From: Candidatus Latescibacterota bacterium
GTDB taxonomy: Bacteria; Latescibacterota; UBA2968; UBA8231
Direction: 5' to 3'
DNA length: 64,000 bases
NCBI GenBank assembly: GCA_965242865.1
Contig: CBDETK010000013.1
Span: 4,960,001-5,024,000 of the forward strand
In this document: piece by piece, positions 47,020 to 57,183 of the stretch
Position numbering within the stretch: position 1 is the first letter of the stretch
Layout of the letters: each line of letters begins with the position of its first letter
Notes under the pieces: model-generated
Told to the model about the DNA's origin: nothing
The model's input: the letters and a program-made list of their open reading frames with translations, nothing else
The model's database searches: none
Position numbers and translations under genes: made by a program

Positions 47020-49392
47020 TTGTTCAAGGTTTGCGCCCGGACGGTACTGGAACTAGGGGCTGAGCTTATTAGCTCTGATGCCATTGCGTTCTATGAGCTA
47101 ATCAAGAACGCATTTGATGCTGGCTCGCCAACCGGAGCGGAAGTTCGTTTTGAAGTAACACTTCGACGAAACGATTACCTGAAATTCCGCCATCTTGCAA
47201 CTGAAGGCTTGGCAGATGTTGAGCGACTGAAGACGGGTGTTGCTAACGCGCTGGACCAGTCGGCACCCCAAGAATCTTTAGGTCGCTTTCGGCAGGCAAT
47301 ACACGACGCTGAAGACCTCGAAACATTCGTGGTGGCTCTCGATACTGCCTATGCCGCTGAGAACCAGATCATCGTGTCCGACCAAGGTACAGGAATGTCG
47401 CGGCAGGACTTGATTGACAACTATCTCGTCATCGGCACAACCTCGCGAAAACGTGCAATAGATGCTGCCCTTGCGAATCATGGCACTGGTAAACGGAGTG
47501 TTCCCTATCTCGGCGAGAAAGGCATTGGACGGCTTTCCGCCATGCGTTTGGGCGACAGACTGATCGTAGAGACCGCCGAAGAAAAGGACACGCGGCTGAA
47601 CTTGCTCAAGATAGACTGGTCCTCCTTTGACGTTCTTGATGCAACGCTCGACGACATCGACGTCATACCCGAGCGTGGAAATGCCAAGCCTAAAGCAGAC
47701 TGGAGCGGTACACGGCTGATTATCGGCTCATTGCGGGCGGACTGGACCCATGATCGCGTAAAGTACCTAGGCGAATATGACTTTGCGCGGCTGACCGACC
47801 CTTTCGCGAATTCTAAGCGTCGGCCTCGTATCGCGATTTTCTGGAACGGCAACCGGATACCAGTCGCACATATGGATCACCACCTACTGACGCATGCACA
47901 CGCATCGGTAAAGGGACAGTTCACGTACAAAGAATCGGGGCCGGTGCTGGAGTGCCGTTTTGAAGCGTTAGATCTAGGTTTTGAGCATCCCCATGAGATT
48001 GAAAAGCGGGAGTTTTCTCTGCCTGACCTTGAAGGCTCGATCGGCGGTACTTCTGGCGAGGTGCCGTTATCCGCGCTTGATTCGCTAGGATCGTTTGAAT
48101 TCGAGGTGTACTGGTTTAATCGGCAACGGCTAGGCCGTATCGATAGTATCGGCGATCAAAAGATGATGAGAGATTTGCAAAAACGTTGGTCGGGAATTTT
48201 GCTGTTCCGCGATGGGTTCCGCGTTTTGCCGTACGGTGAGGATGACGATGATTGGCTCGCGCTGGACCGGCGAGCACTGGCGAGTACTGGATATCTCCTG
48301 AATCAGTCACAGTTTGTCGGCCGGGTCACCATATCACGCCTCGGCAATCCCATGCTGATTGACCAGACAAACCGCGAGGGACTGCGGGTCTGTCCTGAAC
48401 AACAAGCGTTTACTAGTCTATTACAACTCACTGTTCAATCTCAGCTACGTGACTTCTTGAGAGAAGTTGAACGGCGCTACAAAGACCAGCCTCTCAACAT
48501 AGCCGAGGCCAAGACGGATGTGTCAAACCTCGAAAGGAGAGCAAAGACAGCAATCTATAAAATAAAGCGGATTGCTCCGCAGGCTTCGGAAATTGTGGAA
48601 GATATGCAACTCGCATTTCTTGAACTCAAGAAATTCTTTGACCAAGCACAACTCCGGATCGCCGAAGTGGAAAGTGAAAATCGACAGATGGTGCAGATGG
48701 CAGGTGTCGGGCTGCTAGTTGAGGTTGTAGCACACGAATTGGCGAGATCAGCAGAAAATGCGCTGGTAGCTCTTGAAGCACTCCGAGGTACAGAAGTACC
48801 GGACCAAATAGACGGGATGCTTAACTCCCTTCGAGCCGAAATGGCATCGGTAAACAAGCGTGTCCGCGTTCTTGATCCACTGAGTGTGTCGGGCCGTCAG
48901 CGCAAAGGCACCTTCAATTTGGGGTCTCTGATCAGGGACATTCTGAGTGGACACAGACTACAATTTGACCGCCACCATGTGAAACTAAAAATAATAATGC
49001 CAGAGCACCCTGTCCGTATCCGTGCAGTCAAAGGTATGATCGTGCAAATTTTTGAGAATCTGTTATCCAATTCTCTTTATTGGCTCGATCTTCACAAACA
49101 GCACGAACCCAACTTCCAACCGCGCATTACAATTTCGCTAAAAGATGATCCTCTTACAATCACTTACGAAGACAACGGCCGAGGTATTGCCAAGGAGAAC
49201 CGCGGGAACGTCTTCCGTACCTTTTTCTCTTTGAAGGAGAAGTCCAAACGCCGGGGACTAGGGCTGTATATCGCACGTGATTGTGCTGAATATCACGGCG
49301 GTAGCCTGACACTTGATGATCACATCAACAGTGAGACTGGACGCCTTCACTGCTTTGTCCTTCAATTACCCGATGAGGTCGTTGTACGCTGA
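47020..49392 (+). CDS. GHKL (MORC/HSP90-like) ATPase fused to a histidine kinase
   Basis: ELIKNAFDA, DQGTGM, GEKGIGRL, GT motifs; C-terminal AHEL H-box, NLLSNS, DNGRGI, RRGLGL; no TM. Confidence 0.85.
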   Translation: MFKVCARTVLELGAELISSDAIAFYELIKNAFDAGSPTGAEVRFEVTLRRNDYLKFRHLATEGLADVERLKTGVANALDQSAPQESLGRFRQAIHDAEDLETFVVALDTAYAAENQIIVSDQGTGMSRQDLIDNYLVIGTTSRKRAIDAALANHGTGKRSVPYLGEKGIGRLSAMRLGDRLIVETAEEKDTRLNLLKIDWSSFDVLDATLDDIDVIPERGNAKPKADWSGTRLIIGSLRADWTHDRVKYLGEYDFARLTDPFANSKRRPRIAIFWNGNRIPVAHMDHHLLTHAHASVKGQFTYKESGPVLECRFEALDLGFEHPHEIEKREFSLPDLEGSIGGTSGEVPLSALDSLGSFEFEVYWFNRQRLGRIDSIGDQKMMRDLQKRWSGILLFRDGFRVLPYGEDDDDWLALDRRALASTGYLLNQSQFVGRVTISRLGNPMLIDQTNREGLRVCPEQQAFTSLLQLTVQSQLRDFLREVERRYKDQPLNIAEAKTDVSNLERRAKTAIYKIKRIAPQASEIVEDMQLAFLELKKFFDQAQLRIAEVESENRQMVQMAGVGLLVEVVAHELARSAENALVALEALRGTEVPDQIDGMLNSLRAEMASVNKRVRVLDPLSVSGRQRKGTFNLGSLIRDILSGHRLQFDRHHVKLKIIMPEHPVRIRAVKGMIVQIFENLLSNSLYWLDLHKQHEPNFQPRITISLKDDPLTITYEDNGRGIAKENRGNVFRTFFSLKEKSKRRGLGLYIARDCAEYHGGSLTLDDHINSETGRLHCFVLQLPDEVVVR

Positions 49393-49567
49393 TGGAACTA
49401 CGAAAACTTCCCGAAGATAGTGGAATCCGAAGGGCCATCGTCATTGACGATGTTCCATCCCTATGGAGCGCATCAGCAAGGCAAAAACCAATGTCCCGTC
49501 GGTTGAAGCACTCGCCGAGGCATTGGAGGAGGACGATATGGAGGCCTGTACGATGTGTTCGCTGTGA
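49392..49567 (+). pseudogene. Chimeric remnant: N-terminus of a receiver-like protein joined to the C-terminus of a PAPS-reductase-like protein
   Basis: TGATG-coupled MELRKLPEDSGIRRAIVIDD in one frame; MERISKAKTNVPSVEALAEALEEDDMEACTMCSL* at 49463-49567 in another. Confidence 0.55.
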
Positions 49568-49674
49568 GGGGGAGGCTGGTGTATTAGGGTGACAACCTCA
49601 GCATAGGAACTACTTGGACACGATCAATCCACTATTACTCTTAGCATTAGCACCCTTGATTAGTACCCTAAAAA

Positions 49675-50562
49675 ATGGACCGAAAGTTAATCCTTCAGAA
49701 ATTTGAGACCTTGGGTGTGTGGAGAAGTGCGGGAAAAAGGGCACCGCACAAGCCGCTGCTGGTTCTATATGCAATTGGAAAGTTGCTGCGTGGCGAAAGC
49801 CGGCTCATTCCATACTCCGAAGTGGATGAGGGACTTGGAAAACTACTACAGGAGTTCGGCCCTAGACGACTAAAGCAAGGAACCCAGTATCCATTTTGGC
49901 GGTTGCGTAATGATAGTGTTTGGGAAGTAACCAATGCCGACCAAATTGTAACAAACTCTTCTGGAGATGCCAGCAAAACGGATCTCCTTGATCGTAGTGT
50001 TTCTGGCGGTTTCTGCGAATCTATTGCCACGCGGCTTCAGAACGATTCCAAGCTGACTCTTAAAATTGTTCACAACCTATTAGACGCTCACTTTCCTCCT
50101 TCAATTCACGGCGATATCTTACAGGCTGTTAATATTGACCCTACTCTACGGACTATTAATACGAGAAGGCGCGATTCCAATTTCAGGGAAGACGTCCTCA
50201 AAGCCTACGAATACAAATGTGCCATCTGCGGCTTCGATGTGAGATTGAGACATCTTCCCATTGGATTAGAAGCAGCCCACATCAAATGGCATAAAGCTGG
50301 TGGCCCTAATCAGGTGGTGAATGGACTAACTCTGTGCGTACTGCACCACAAACTATTTGACCGCGGAGCTTTTACGCTGTCCAAACAGTGGAAGATACTG
50401 GTATCCGATGACGCATACGGGTCAGTTGGCTTTGAGGAATGGCTGATGCGATTTCACGGCAAAAAAATCAACTTTCCGCAAAGTCAATCCTATTATCCGA
50501 AGCCAAATTTCATAGGCTGGCACGTTAGAGAAGTGTTTCAAGGAGCCTATCGAGAATTGTGA
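49675..50562 (+). CDS. Phosphorothioated-DNA-binding (SBD)-HNH restriction endonuclease
   Basis: RAPHKPLL and YPFWRL SBD motifs; CAICG...EAAHIKW...NGLTLC.LHHKLFDRG HNH domain. Confidence 0.85.
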   Translation: MDRKLILQKFETLGVWRSAGKRAPHKPLLVLYAIGKLLRGESRLIPYSEVDEGLGKLLQEFGPRRLKQGTQYPFWRLRNDSVWEVTNADQIVTNSSGDASKTDLLDRSVSGGFCESIATRLQNDSKLTLKIVHNLLDAHFPPSIHGDILQAVNIDPTLRTINTRRRDSNFREDVLKAYEYKCAICGFDVRLRHLPIGLEAAHIKWHKAGGPNQVVNGLTLCVLHHKLFDRGAFTLSKQWKILVSDDAYGSVGFEEWLMRFHGKKINFPQSQSYYPKPNFIGWHVREVFQGAYREL

Positions 50563-50621
50563 GCCAACGGAGATTGGACTGAGCTTTTGGATCGCATACA
50601 CACGAGCCACTATTCGCCCCC

Positions 50622-51569
50622 CTACCGCGTCCTCGCTGTCTTTCGCAAGCGGCACACGAAAAATCCCTCCATCCCTCCCAGCGGCAAAATCCGCTTGGCT
50701 CGCTGGACTTGAGCGTCAAACGCCTTGCCCCGCCATTGGCTCAAGCCCGACGCCACATTGTCAAAAGGCAGCGCGATGTCCTCTACGGTTAAAGCCCCGG
50801 TAAACTGCCGCAACATCCGGCTGATGATGGCCTCGTTTTCTTCGGGCGCGAAGGTGCAGGTCGAGTAGATCAACACCCCGCCCGGCTTGAGGCACTGCAC
50901 GGCCGAGTAGCACAACCGCCGCTGTTTGCGGCTGGCCTCGGCAATTTTCTTCTCGCTCCAATAGGCATACGTCTTGGGTGCGTGGGCGCGGAACCGCCCC
51001 TCGGACGAGCACGGCGCGTCGAGGAGCACGCGGTCGAATCGCTCTGGGTGGCGACGCCAGAGGCGGGTTCCGTCGGCGAGGAGGACTTGCACGTTTTCGG
51101 CCCCGTGCCGCGCCAAATTGTCCCGCAGACGAAAGAAGCGACCGCGCACGGACTCTACGGCCCAGACGCGCCCTTGATTGCCCATGCACTCGGCGAGCTG
51201 CAAGGTCTTGCTGCCCGGGGCGGCCCCGAGGTCGAGAATGGCCTCCCCGCGTTGGGGGGCCAAGAGAATCGGCGGCACCATGCTGGAGGGGTTTTGGATG
51301 TAGAGCCGGCCTTCGCGGCAGGCCGCACACTCGGTGAGGGCGCGGCGCTGGGCAGCCGGGACGACAAAGGCGTCGGCCTTCCAGCCCAGCGGCGTCAGGG
51401 CAAAGCCTGCGGCCGCTAATTCGGCGGGGAGCGCGGCCGGGGGGGCCTTGAGGGCATTGGCGCGGAAGGCCGTAGGCTGCTCAACGGCCAAGCTCTGCCA
51501 GCAGGCCGCAAAGTGCTCGGCTGGGAGCACGGCCTGCAAGCGGGCGCGAAAGGCTTCCGGTAAAGACAC
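50622..51569 (-). CDS. RsmB/NOP-family RNA m5C methyltransferase (RsmF-like)
   Basis: YIQNPSSM, LDLGAAPGSKT, LLDAPCSSEG, YSTCTFAPEENE. Confidence 0.9.
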   Translation of the reverse strand: MSLPEAFRARLQAVLPAEHFAACWQSLAVEQPTAFRANALKAPPAALPAELAAAGFALTPLGWKADAFVVPAAQRRALTECAACREGRLYIQNPSSMVPPILLAPQRGEAILDLGAAPGSKTLQLAECMGNQGRVWAVESVRGRFFRLRDNLARHGAENVQVLLADGTRLWRRHPERFDRVLLDAPCSSEGRFRAHAPKTYAYWSEKKIAEASRKQRRLCYSAVQCLKPGGVLIYSTCTFAPEENEAIISRMLRQFTGALTVEDIALPFDNVASGLSQWRGKAFDAQVQRAKRILPLGGMEGFFVCRLRKTARTR

Positions 51570-51574
51570 GGTCG

Positions 51575-52405
51575 CTAGGCCCTCGGCGGCACCTCGTCGC
51601 CGGTCGGCGCGGGGAGGTCAATCCAATAGCCGCTCGGGTCGGTGCCGCGGCAGATATAGCCGTTGGCGCGCCGCTCTTCGCGGGTGCGCACCTCGGGCGG
51701 CATGTAGCGCAACGTCAGCCCGCAGCGGCGGCGCGTGGAGCGGTTGGGGGCCGAGCCGTGCAAGAGCAGGTCGGTGTGCAGGGACATCTGACCGGCGCGC
51801 ATGGTAAAGGCCACCGGCTCGTCGCCCCACCGGAGCGGATCGCGCACGCTCTGCCCCAAGACGTTTTGCTCCTCGGCGGTGCTGTGCTCAAAGGGAATCT
51901 GCCCGTGCAAATGCGAGCCTGGGACGACGGTCATCGGCCCGTTTTCCGCATCCACATCGTCGATGGCCAGCCAAGCGGTCACCACCTTGCTCGGGGTCAG
52001 GGGCCAGTACGAGGCGTCTTGGTGCCAGACGACCTGTTGTTGGTCGCCCGGCTCCTTGCAAAAGTAGTGGGTCATCACGCTGACGAGGTTGGGGCCGAGG
52101 AGGTCTTCGACGCAATCGAGAATGCGCGGCTCGTGCAACAAGTCGTAGATGCCCCGGCAGTGGCGATGCCAGCCATTGATCGAATAGCTGTTGTGCCCGC
52201 TAGCTTGGGCGCGGGCCATGAGCGCGTCGAAATAGCGGAGATTGGCCGCGGCTTCCGCCGGCGTGAACACGTCCAAAGGACAGATATAACCCCGCTCGTT
52301 AAATTGGCGGATCTGGGCGCGGGTGAGCGTTTTGGGCTGGTCGTTGGTCGCGCTGAAAAACTTGAGTACGCGCTCCATGTCGGGGAGGGCATCGGTGATG
52401 GGCAT
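51575..52405 (-). CDS. Phytanoyl-CoA dioxygenase (PhyH) family Fe(II)/2OG oxygenase
   Basis: WHQDASYW, AWLAIDD...NGPM.VVPGSH, LLHGS.PN.S.RRR. Confidence 0.9.
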   Translation of the reverse strand: MPITDALPDMERVLKFFSATNDQPKTLTRAQIRQFNERGYICPLDVFTPAEAAANLRYFDALMARAQASGHNSYSINGWHRHCRGIYDLLHEPRILDCVEDLLGPNLVSVMTHYFCKEPGDQQQVVWHQDASYWPLTPSKVVTAWLAIDDVDAENGPMTVVPGSHLHGQIPFEHSTAEEQNVLGQSVRDPLRWGDEPVAFTMRAGQMSLHTDLLLHGSAPNRSTRRRCGLTLRYMPPEVRTREERRANGYICRGTDPSGYWIDLPAPTGDEVPPRA

Positions 52406-52503
52406 GGGGTTCTCCTATTGATAGTAAGGTTGATTGCCTATCTTACCACTCGGCCTTTAGGCCGTAAAGCCCCAACGGAAAGGTTGAGAAGCGAGGTAAG
52501 AAA

Positions 52504-53550
52504 ATGACTCCGTACAAAGTAGGTATAATCGGCTGCGGCCAGCGCGGTCGCGCCCACGCCGAGGGCTATCAAGCGGCCCCAGTCCCCATCGCGGCCTGTG
52601 CCGACCCAGTGGAAGCGGCCCGGGCGTCTTTTGCCGCGGACTTTGCCGTTGCGGCCCCATACCAAGACTACCGCGCCATGCTAGCGCGCGAAGCCCTCGA
52701 TGTGGTGAGCGTCTGCACGTGGACCGGCCTGCACCGCGAGATGGTCGAAGCCGCGGCCGCGGCCGGCGTCAAAGCGATTCACTGCGAAAAGCCCATAGCC
52801 AGCACTTGGGGCGATGCCAAGGCACTGTGCCGGGCCTGCGCCGAGCGCGGCGTCCTCCTCACCTTTTGCCACCAACGCCGCTTTGGCGCGGCGTTTGTCA
52901 AGGCCAAACAATTGCTCGACGAAGGGGCCATCGGCGCGCTCCAGCGGCTCGAAGGCGCGTGCGCCAACCTGTTTGATTGGGGGACGCATTGGTTTGACAT
53001 GTTCTTCTTTTACAACGACGAAGCGCCCGCCGAATGGGTCATGGGCCAGATTGCCGTCGAGGCCGAGCGCGCGGTTTTTGGCGTGCCCTTAGAGACCAGT
53101 GGCCTGTCGTGGATTCGCTGGCAAAACGACGTCGAGGGGCTGCTCGGCACAGGGGCCGCGCAGGTGCAAGGCCCGCGCAACCGCCTCATTGGCCGCGAGG
53201 GCATCATCGAAGTCGGAGGCGCGGCTCGCGCACCGTTGCGGCTGTTGCGCGCGGGGGCGACGTGGCAGGATTTTGCGGAGGAAGAGATCGCCGGGATCGT
53301 CCCGCCGGGCGGCGACACCGTGCTGTCGGTGCTCGATTTAATCGCCTGTCTCGAAAGCGGCGCGGAGCCGCGCTTGTCGGCGCACAAGGCCCTGCAAGCG
53401 ACCGAATTGATTTTTGCCACGTACGAGTCGAGCCGCCGCCGCGGGCGGGTGTTGCTCCCGCTCGACACAGAGGACTCCGCCCTGATTACCATGCTAAAAC
53501 AGGGCGCGGTCGGGCCGGTGAATCATGTGACGCAGGAAGTGCGTAAATAG
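52504..53550 (+). CDS. Gfo/Idh/MocA family oxidoreductase
   Basis: VGIIGCGQRG, CEKP, HQRRF, DWGTHWFD. Confidence 0.9.
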   Translation: MTPYKVGIIGCGQRGRAHAEGYQAAPVPIAACADPVEAARASFAADFAVAAPYQDYRAMLAREALDVVSVCTWTGLHREMVEAAAAAGVKAIHCEKPIASTWGDAKALCRACAERGVLLTFCHQRRFGAAFVKAKQLLDEGAIGALQRLEGACANLFDWGTHWFDMFFFYNDEAPAEWVMGQIAVEAERAVFGVPLETSGLSWIRWQNDVEGLLGTGAAQVQGPRNRLIGREGIIEVGGAARAPLRLLRAGATWQDFAEEEIAGIVPPGGDTVLSVLDLIACLESGAEPRLSAHKALQATELIFATYESSRRRGRVLLPLDTEDSALITMLKQGAVGPVNHVTQEVRK

Positions 53551-54362
53551 TGCGTACTATCCGCCCGGCCACCGCAAGCGATATTCCCGGCATCGCCCGG
53601 GTCTGCGAAGCCGCTTTTGCCGAGCCAATTGAGCTCGAGGTCTGCCGTGGCCAGATCGCCGACCCCACCATGGACCTCCACGTCGCGGTCGAAGGGGACG
53701 AAGTCGCCGGTTTTGTCTCCGCCTTCGCGCTAGCAGGAGCGACAGACAGCCCCTATTTTGTCGATAGCCTTGCCGTCCGTCCACAGAGCCAAGGCCGAGG
53801 ACACGGTCGACGCCTGATCGAATCGACTTGGACGACCGCCTGCCGCCGTGGATTTTGCCTATCGCGGGCACTCATCCGCACCGACAACTCGCCGAGCCAG
53901 CGTTGCTTTGCCCGCTGCGGCTATGTAGCCGACCAACGCCCAAACAGCCTCTACATTTGGCCGCCGCAAGCGAGTGCCGCCAACGGCAAAATTGCTCCCG
54001 TCCGCTTACTGCCGGTTGACACCATCACCTATCGCGGCCTGTGGCTCGAAAGGCTCGCCGACGCCAGCGTGGAAATTCAGCACCGTGCCGTGCAACAGGC
54101 CCGTGCGTACTGTGCCCACGAGGGTCGCGGCCCCAGCGGCGCCCTGATCGCCGACCCGGCCCATTTCGACGCCGCATTGCTAGATCAAGCGACATTAAAG
54201 GGAACATACCGCTGGTGGACGAAAACGCTGCGATCGGCAGGGAACGGAGTAAGTCAGATTCAACCCCACAGCGCCCGTAGCCGAGGCAGCAGGATCTCTG
54301 CGTCGCGGTCGGGGATGTGGCCTTCCCAGACCCGATTCTCCTCGGGCGTTGAGCGGTCGTAA
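53550..54362 (+). CDS. GNAT family N-acetyltransferase
   Basis: IRPATASD, LAVRPQSQGRGHGRRL, N.PSQRCFARCGY; 3' end overlaps the opposite gene by about 100 nt. Confidence 0.75.
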   Translation: MRTIRPATASDIPGIARVCEAAFAEPIELEVCRGQIADPTMDLHVAVEGDEVAGFVSAFALAGATDSPYFVDSLAVRPQSQGRGHGRRLIESTWTTACRRGFCLSRALIRTDNSPSQRCFARCGYVADQRPNSLYIWPPQASAANGKIAPVRLLPVDTITYRGLWLERLADASVEIQHRAVQQARAYCAHEGRGPSGALIADPAHFDAALLDQATLKGTYRWWTKTLRSAGNGVSQIQPHSARSRGSRISASRSGMWPSQTRFSSGVERS

Positions 54363-55153
54363 GAACGTTGCCGCAAATCCGGCAGGTTTAGGGTGTGGAA
54401 GCTCGTCTTGAAAAAGCCATCGGGCGAGAGCACGATGCGGCGATAGCCCAAGGGAAACCCGATCAGACAGGCCGTATCGACGACCAGATAGTCGCGGTAG
54501 GAGGTGATGCGGTTGATGTGGCGGTGGCCGGTAAAAGCGGCGACGATGGCCGGGCTTGCGTCGAGCGTTTTGACCAGCCGCGGCGCGCCGGCAATCACGC
54601 CTCGATCCCCGTCAAAGTCCGGCAGAATCCAAGGGTGGATAACCAGCAGCAGGGCGCAGCCAGCGGCCAGTGCTTGAGCCGCGGCCGCGCGCAGGGCCTC
54701 GTCGAGCGCGTCGGTCCAGACGCCCGCTCCGTGCTCAAAGACATCGCAGTCGTGGAAGACATTGGCCAGAGCCAAGCGCAGGCGCGGGGCCGCCTCAACG
54801 ACCGTCAACGGAGCGGGACAGGCGAAGCGAGCGGCGAAACCAGCGAAGGACCCGGTCTGGGCGTCGCAATCGTGGTTGCCCGGGACGGCGTAGAACGGGG
54901 CTTTAATCCGGGCAAAGGCCGTAGCGGCCTCGTCAATTGAGCGCAGATAGGTCGCGGTCGGCAGGTTGAAGGACGACCCGCCGCAGAGGAAGTCGCCGCC
55001 GTGGACGACGAAGTCAACGGGCTGGGCGTTGAGGGCCGGGGGGATCGCGTCGAGCACCTCTTGGCTGCGGGTAAGCATTTTGGGCGCGCCGTAGTCTTTG
55101 GGGGCGTCGGGGTAGTGGTGGGTGTCGGTGAGAAAGGCGAAGCGAACGGACAT
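54260..55153 (-). CDS. Calcineurin-like metallophosphoesterase
   Basis: TDTH, GGD, GNHD, H, GHRH motifs. Confidence 0.85.
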   Translation of the reverse strand: MSVRFAFLTDTHHYPDAPKDYGAPKMLTRSQEVLDAIPPALNAQPVDFVVHGGDFLCGGSSFNLPTATYLRSIDEAATAFARIKAPFYAVPGNHDCDAQTGSFAGFAARFACPAPLTVVEAAPRLRLALANVFHDCDVFEHGAGVWTDALDEALRAAAAQALAAGCALLLVIHPWILPDFDGDRGVIAGAPRLVKTLDASPAIVAAFTGHRHINRITSYRDYLVVDTACLIGFPLGYRRIVLSPDGFFKTSFHTLNLPDLRQRSYDRSTPEENRVWEGHIPDRDAEILLPRLRALWG

Positions 55154-55407
55154 GGAAGCGGCTCCTTTTTCGGTCTAGGCGGCTCGTAAAGTAAGTGTCG
55201 CGTCTTACTACACGACACCAGCGGCCAACCTTCCAAGGGTCGAGGGCGTAGCGGCAACACCAGAACAGGCGGACTCCACGGAAGAGTCGCGTAGCAAGTG
55301 GCTCCGGTTACACCAGTATCCGTTATTACTATTCGTCCGAGCGGATACCGCCAAGGCGCGGGCCGCTCCCTGAAATCTATTCAACCGCGACATCCGCGAG
55401 CCAACCC

Positions 55408-56388
55408 GTGCCCCAAATCGTCGTTGAAAACCTAGTCAAAACCTATCGCATTGCTGAGCGCCGGCCCGGCCTTTGGGGGGCCTTTCGCGGCGTGGTGCAG
55501 CGCTCGCACCGCACCATTCGGGCCTTGGACGGTATCTCGTTCTCGCTCGAAGCCGGCGAACTCGTCGGCTACATCGGCCCCAATGGCGCCGGCAAATCCA
55601 CGACGGTCAAAATCCTCTCCGGCATTGTCGTGCCCGATTCGGGACGCTGCGAGGTCCAAGGCCGCGTCCCTTGGGCGGACCGCATTGGCCACGTCCGCCG
55701 CATTGGCGTGGTTTTTGGCCAGCGCACCCAGTTGTGGTGGGACCTACCAGCCATTGAGTCTTTTGATCTGCTGCGCGACATCTACAAAGTGCCCGGCGCC
55801 GCCTACGGTCGCCGGCGCGACGCGCTCATCGCCATGTTGGAGCTCGATTCCTTTCTCGACGTGCCGGTGCGCCAGCTTAGCTTGGGCCAGCGCATGCGCT
55901 GCGATCTAGTCGCGGCTCTGCTCCACGGCCCGGGCCTGCTCTTTTTGGACGAGCCGACCATTGGCCTCGACGCGGTTTCCAAACTGGCGATGCGCGATTT
56001 TATCAAAGAACTCAATCGCCGAGAGGGCACCACCGTCATCCTGACCACCCACGATATGGACGATATCGAAGCCCTGTGCAACCGGGTCGTGGTCATCGGC
56101 GATGGCGCGATCCTCTCCGACGGCAGCCTCGCTGATTTGCGCGCCCGCGTCTCGTCCGAGCGCCGCCTCATCGTCGATTTAGTTGATGCCGCCGCGACCA
56201 TTGAAGACGAGGTCGCGCGCGTGGTGCAGCGCGATGGCCCCCGGGTACATCTCAGCTTCGCGCCCGAGCGCATTTCCGCGCCGGCCCTCATCAGCCGCAT
56301 CACCGCCCGCCACGAAGTGCGCGACCTGTTTGTGGAAAACCCGCCGATTGAGGAAGTCATCGCCCAACTCTACCGGGATCGCCCTTGA
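55408..56388 (+). CDS. ABC exporter ATP-binding protein
   Basis: [42 protein letters not shown]. Confidence 0.93.
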   Translation: MPQIVVENLVKTYRIAERRPGLWGAFRGVVQRSHRTIRALDGISFSLEAGELVGYIGPNGAGKSTTVKILSGIVVPDSGRCEVQGRVPWADRIGHVRRIGVVFGQRTQLWWDLPAIESFDLLRDIYKVPGAAYGRRRDALIAMLELDSFLDVPVRQLSLGQRMRCDLVAALLHGPGLLFLDEPTIGLDAVSKLAMRDFIKELNRREGTTVILTTHDMDDIEALCNRVVVIGDGAILSDGSLADLRARVSSERRLIVDLVDAAATIEDEVARVVQRDGPRVHLSFAPERISAPALISRITARHEVRDLFVENPPIEEVIAQLYRDRP

Positions 56389-57179
56389 TGCGGCCCTATT
56401 GGTCCGTCCTCAGCGCCCGCGTCCGCATGTTGCTGCAATACCGGGCCGCGGCCCTCGCCGGCATGGGCACTCAGTTGGTTTGGGGCCTCATTCGGGTAAT
56501 GGTCTTTGAAGCGTTCTATCGCACGACCACCCAAGCGCAACCCATGACCTACGCCGAGGTCGTCAATTACGTCTGGCTCGGCCAAGCCCTGTTCGCCCTG
56601 TTGCCGTGGATGCCGGACAACGATGTACGCGCCATGGTCCGCACGGGCACGGTCGCGTACGAATTGGTGCGCCCGGTTGATTTGTACGCGTTTTGGTACA
56701 GCCGCTCCTTGGCCAATCGCATCGCCCCCACCCTGCTGCGCTCGGTGCCGCTGTTCTGCGTGGCCTTCCTCTTCTTGGGTCTGCAAGCGCCGGCGTCCCC
56801 AGCGGCAGCCGCGGCGTGGGCCGTAGCTACGGTGGGTGCGGTCCTGCTGGGCGGGGCCTTGTCCAACTTGGTCAACATCTCCTTGCTGTGGACCATTGCC
56901 GGCGAAGGTTCCATTCAAATGCTGGGAATATGTATCTACGTCTTTTCGGGCATGGTGGTCCCCTTGCCGCTGTTTCCCGACGCCATGCAGCCCATACTCG
57001 ACTTCATGCCCTTCCGCGGCTTGGCCGACACCCCTTTCCGCCTGTACATGGGGCACATTCCCGCGTCGCAAGCGTGGTCGGTCGTTGGGCATCAGCTCGC
57101 GTGGACGCTGGCGCTGGTGGGGTTGGGCCGCTTTCTCCTCCACCGCGGCACGCGCCGCTTGGTCGTCCAAGGAGGCTGA
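56385..57179 (+). CDS. ABC-2 family permease (DUF990-like)
   Basis: [24 protein letters not shown], ends VVQGG. Confidence 0.88.
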   Translation: MMRPYWSVLSARVRMLLQYRAAALAGMGTQLVWGLIRVMVFEAFYRTTTQAQPMTYAEVVNYVWLGQALFALLPWMPDNDVRAMVRTGTVAYELVRPVDLYAFWYSRSLANRIAPTLLRSVPLFCVAFLFLGLQAPASPAAAAAWAVATVGAVLLGGALSNLVNISLLWTIAGEGSIQMLGICIYVFSGMVVPLPLFPDAMQPILDFMPFRGLADTPFRLYMGHIPASQAWSVVGHQLAWTLALVGLGRFLLHRGTRRLVVQGG

Positions 57180-57183
57180 AGCC

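Noticed and set aside
52441-52501. Possible riboswitch-like fold sequestering the oxidoreductase SD (TCTTACC/GGTAAGA with inner CGGCC/GGCCG)
   Set aside because: Stems are short, the 5' arm probably overlaps the promoter in a 98-nt divergent gap, and no known aptamer motif is present.
54260-54362. 103-nt convergent overlap of the GNAT and phosphoesterase genes
   Set aside because: The GNAT tail looks like read-through after stop-codon loss; there is no evidence of function.
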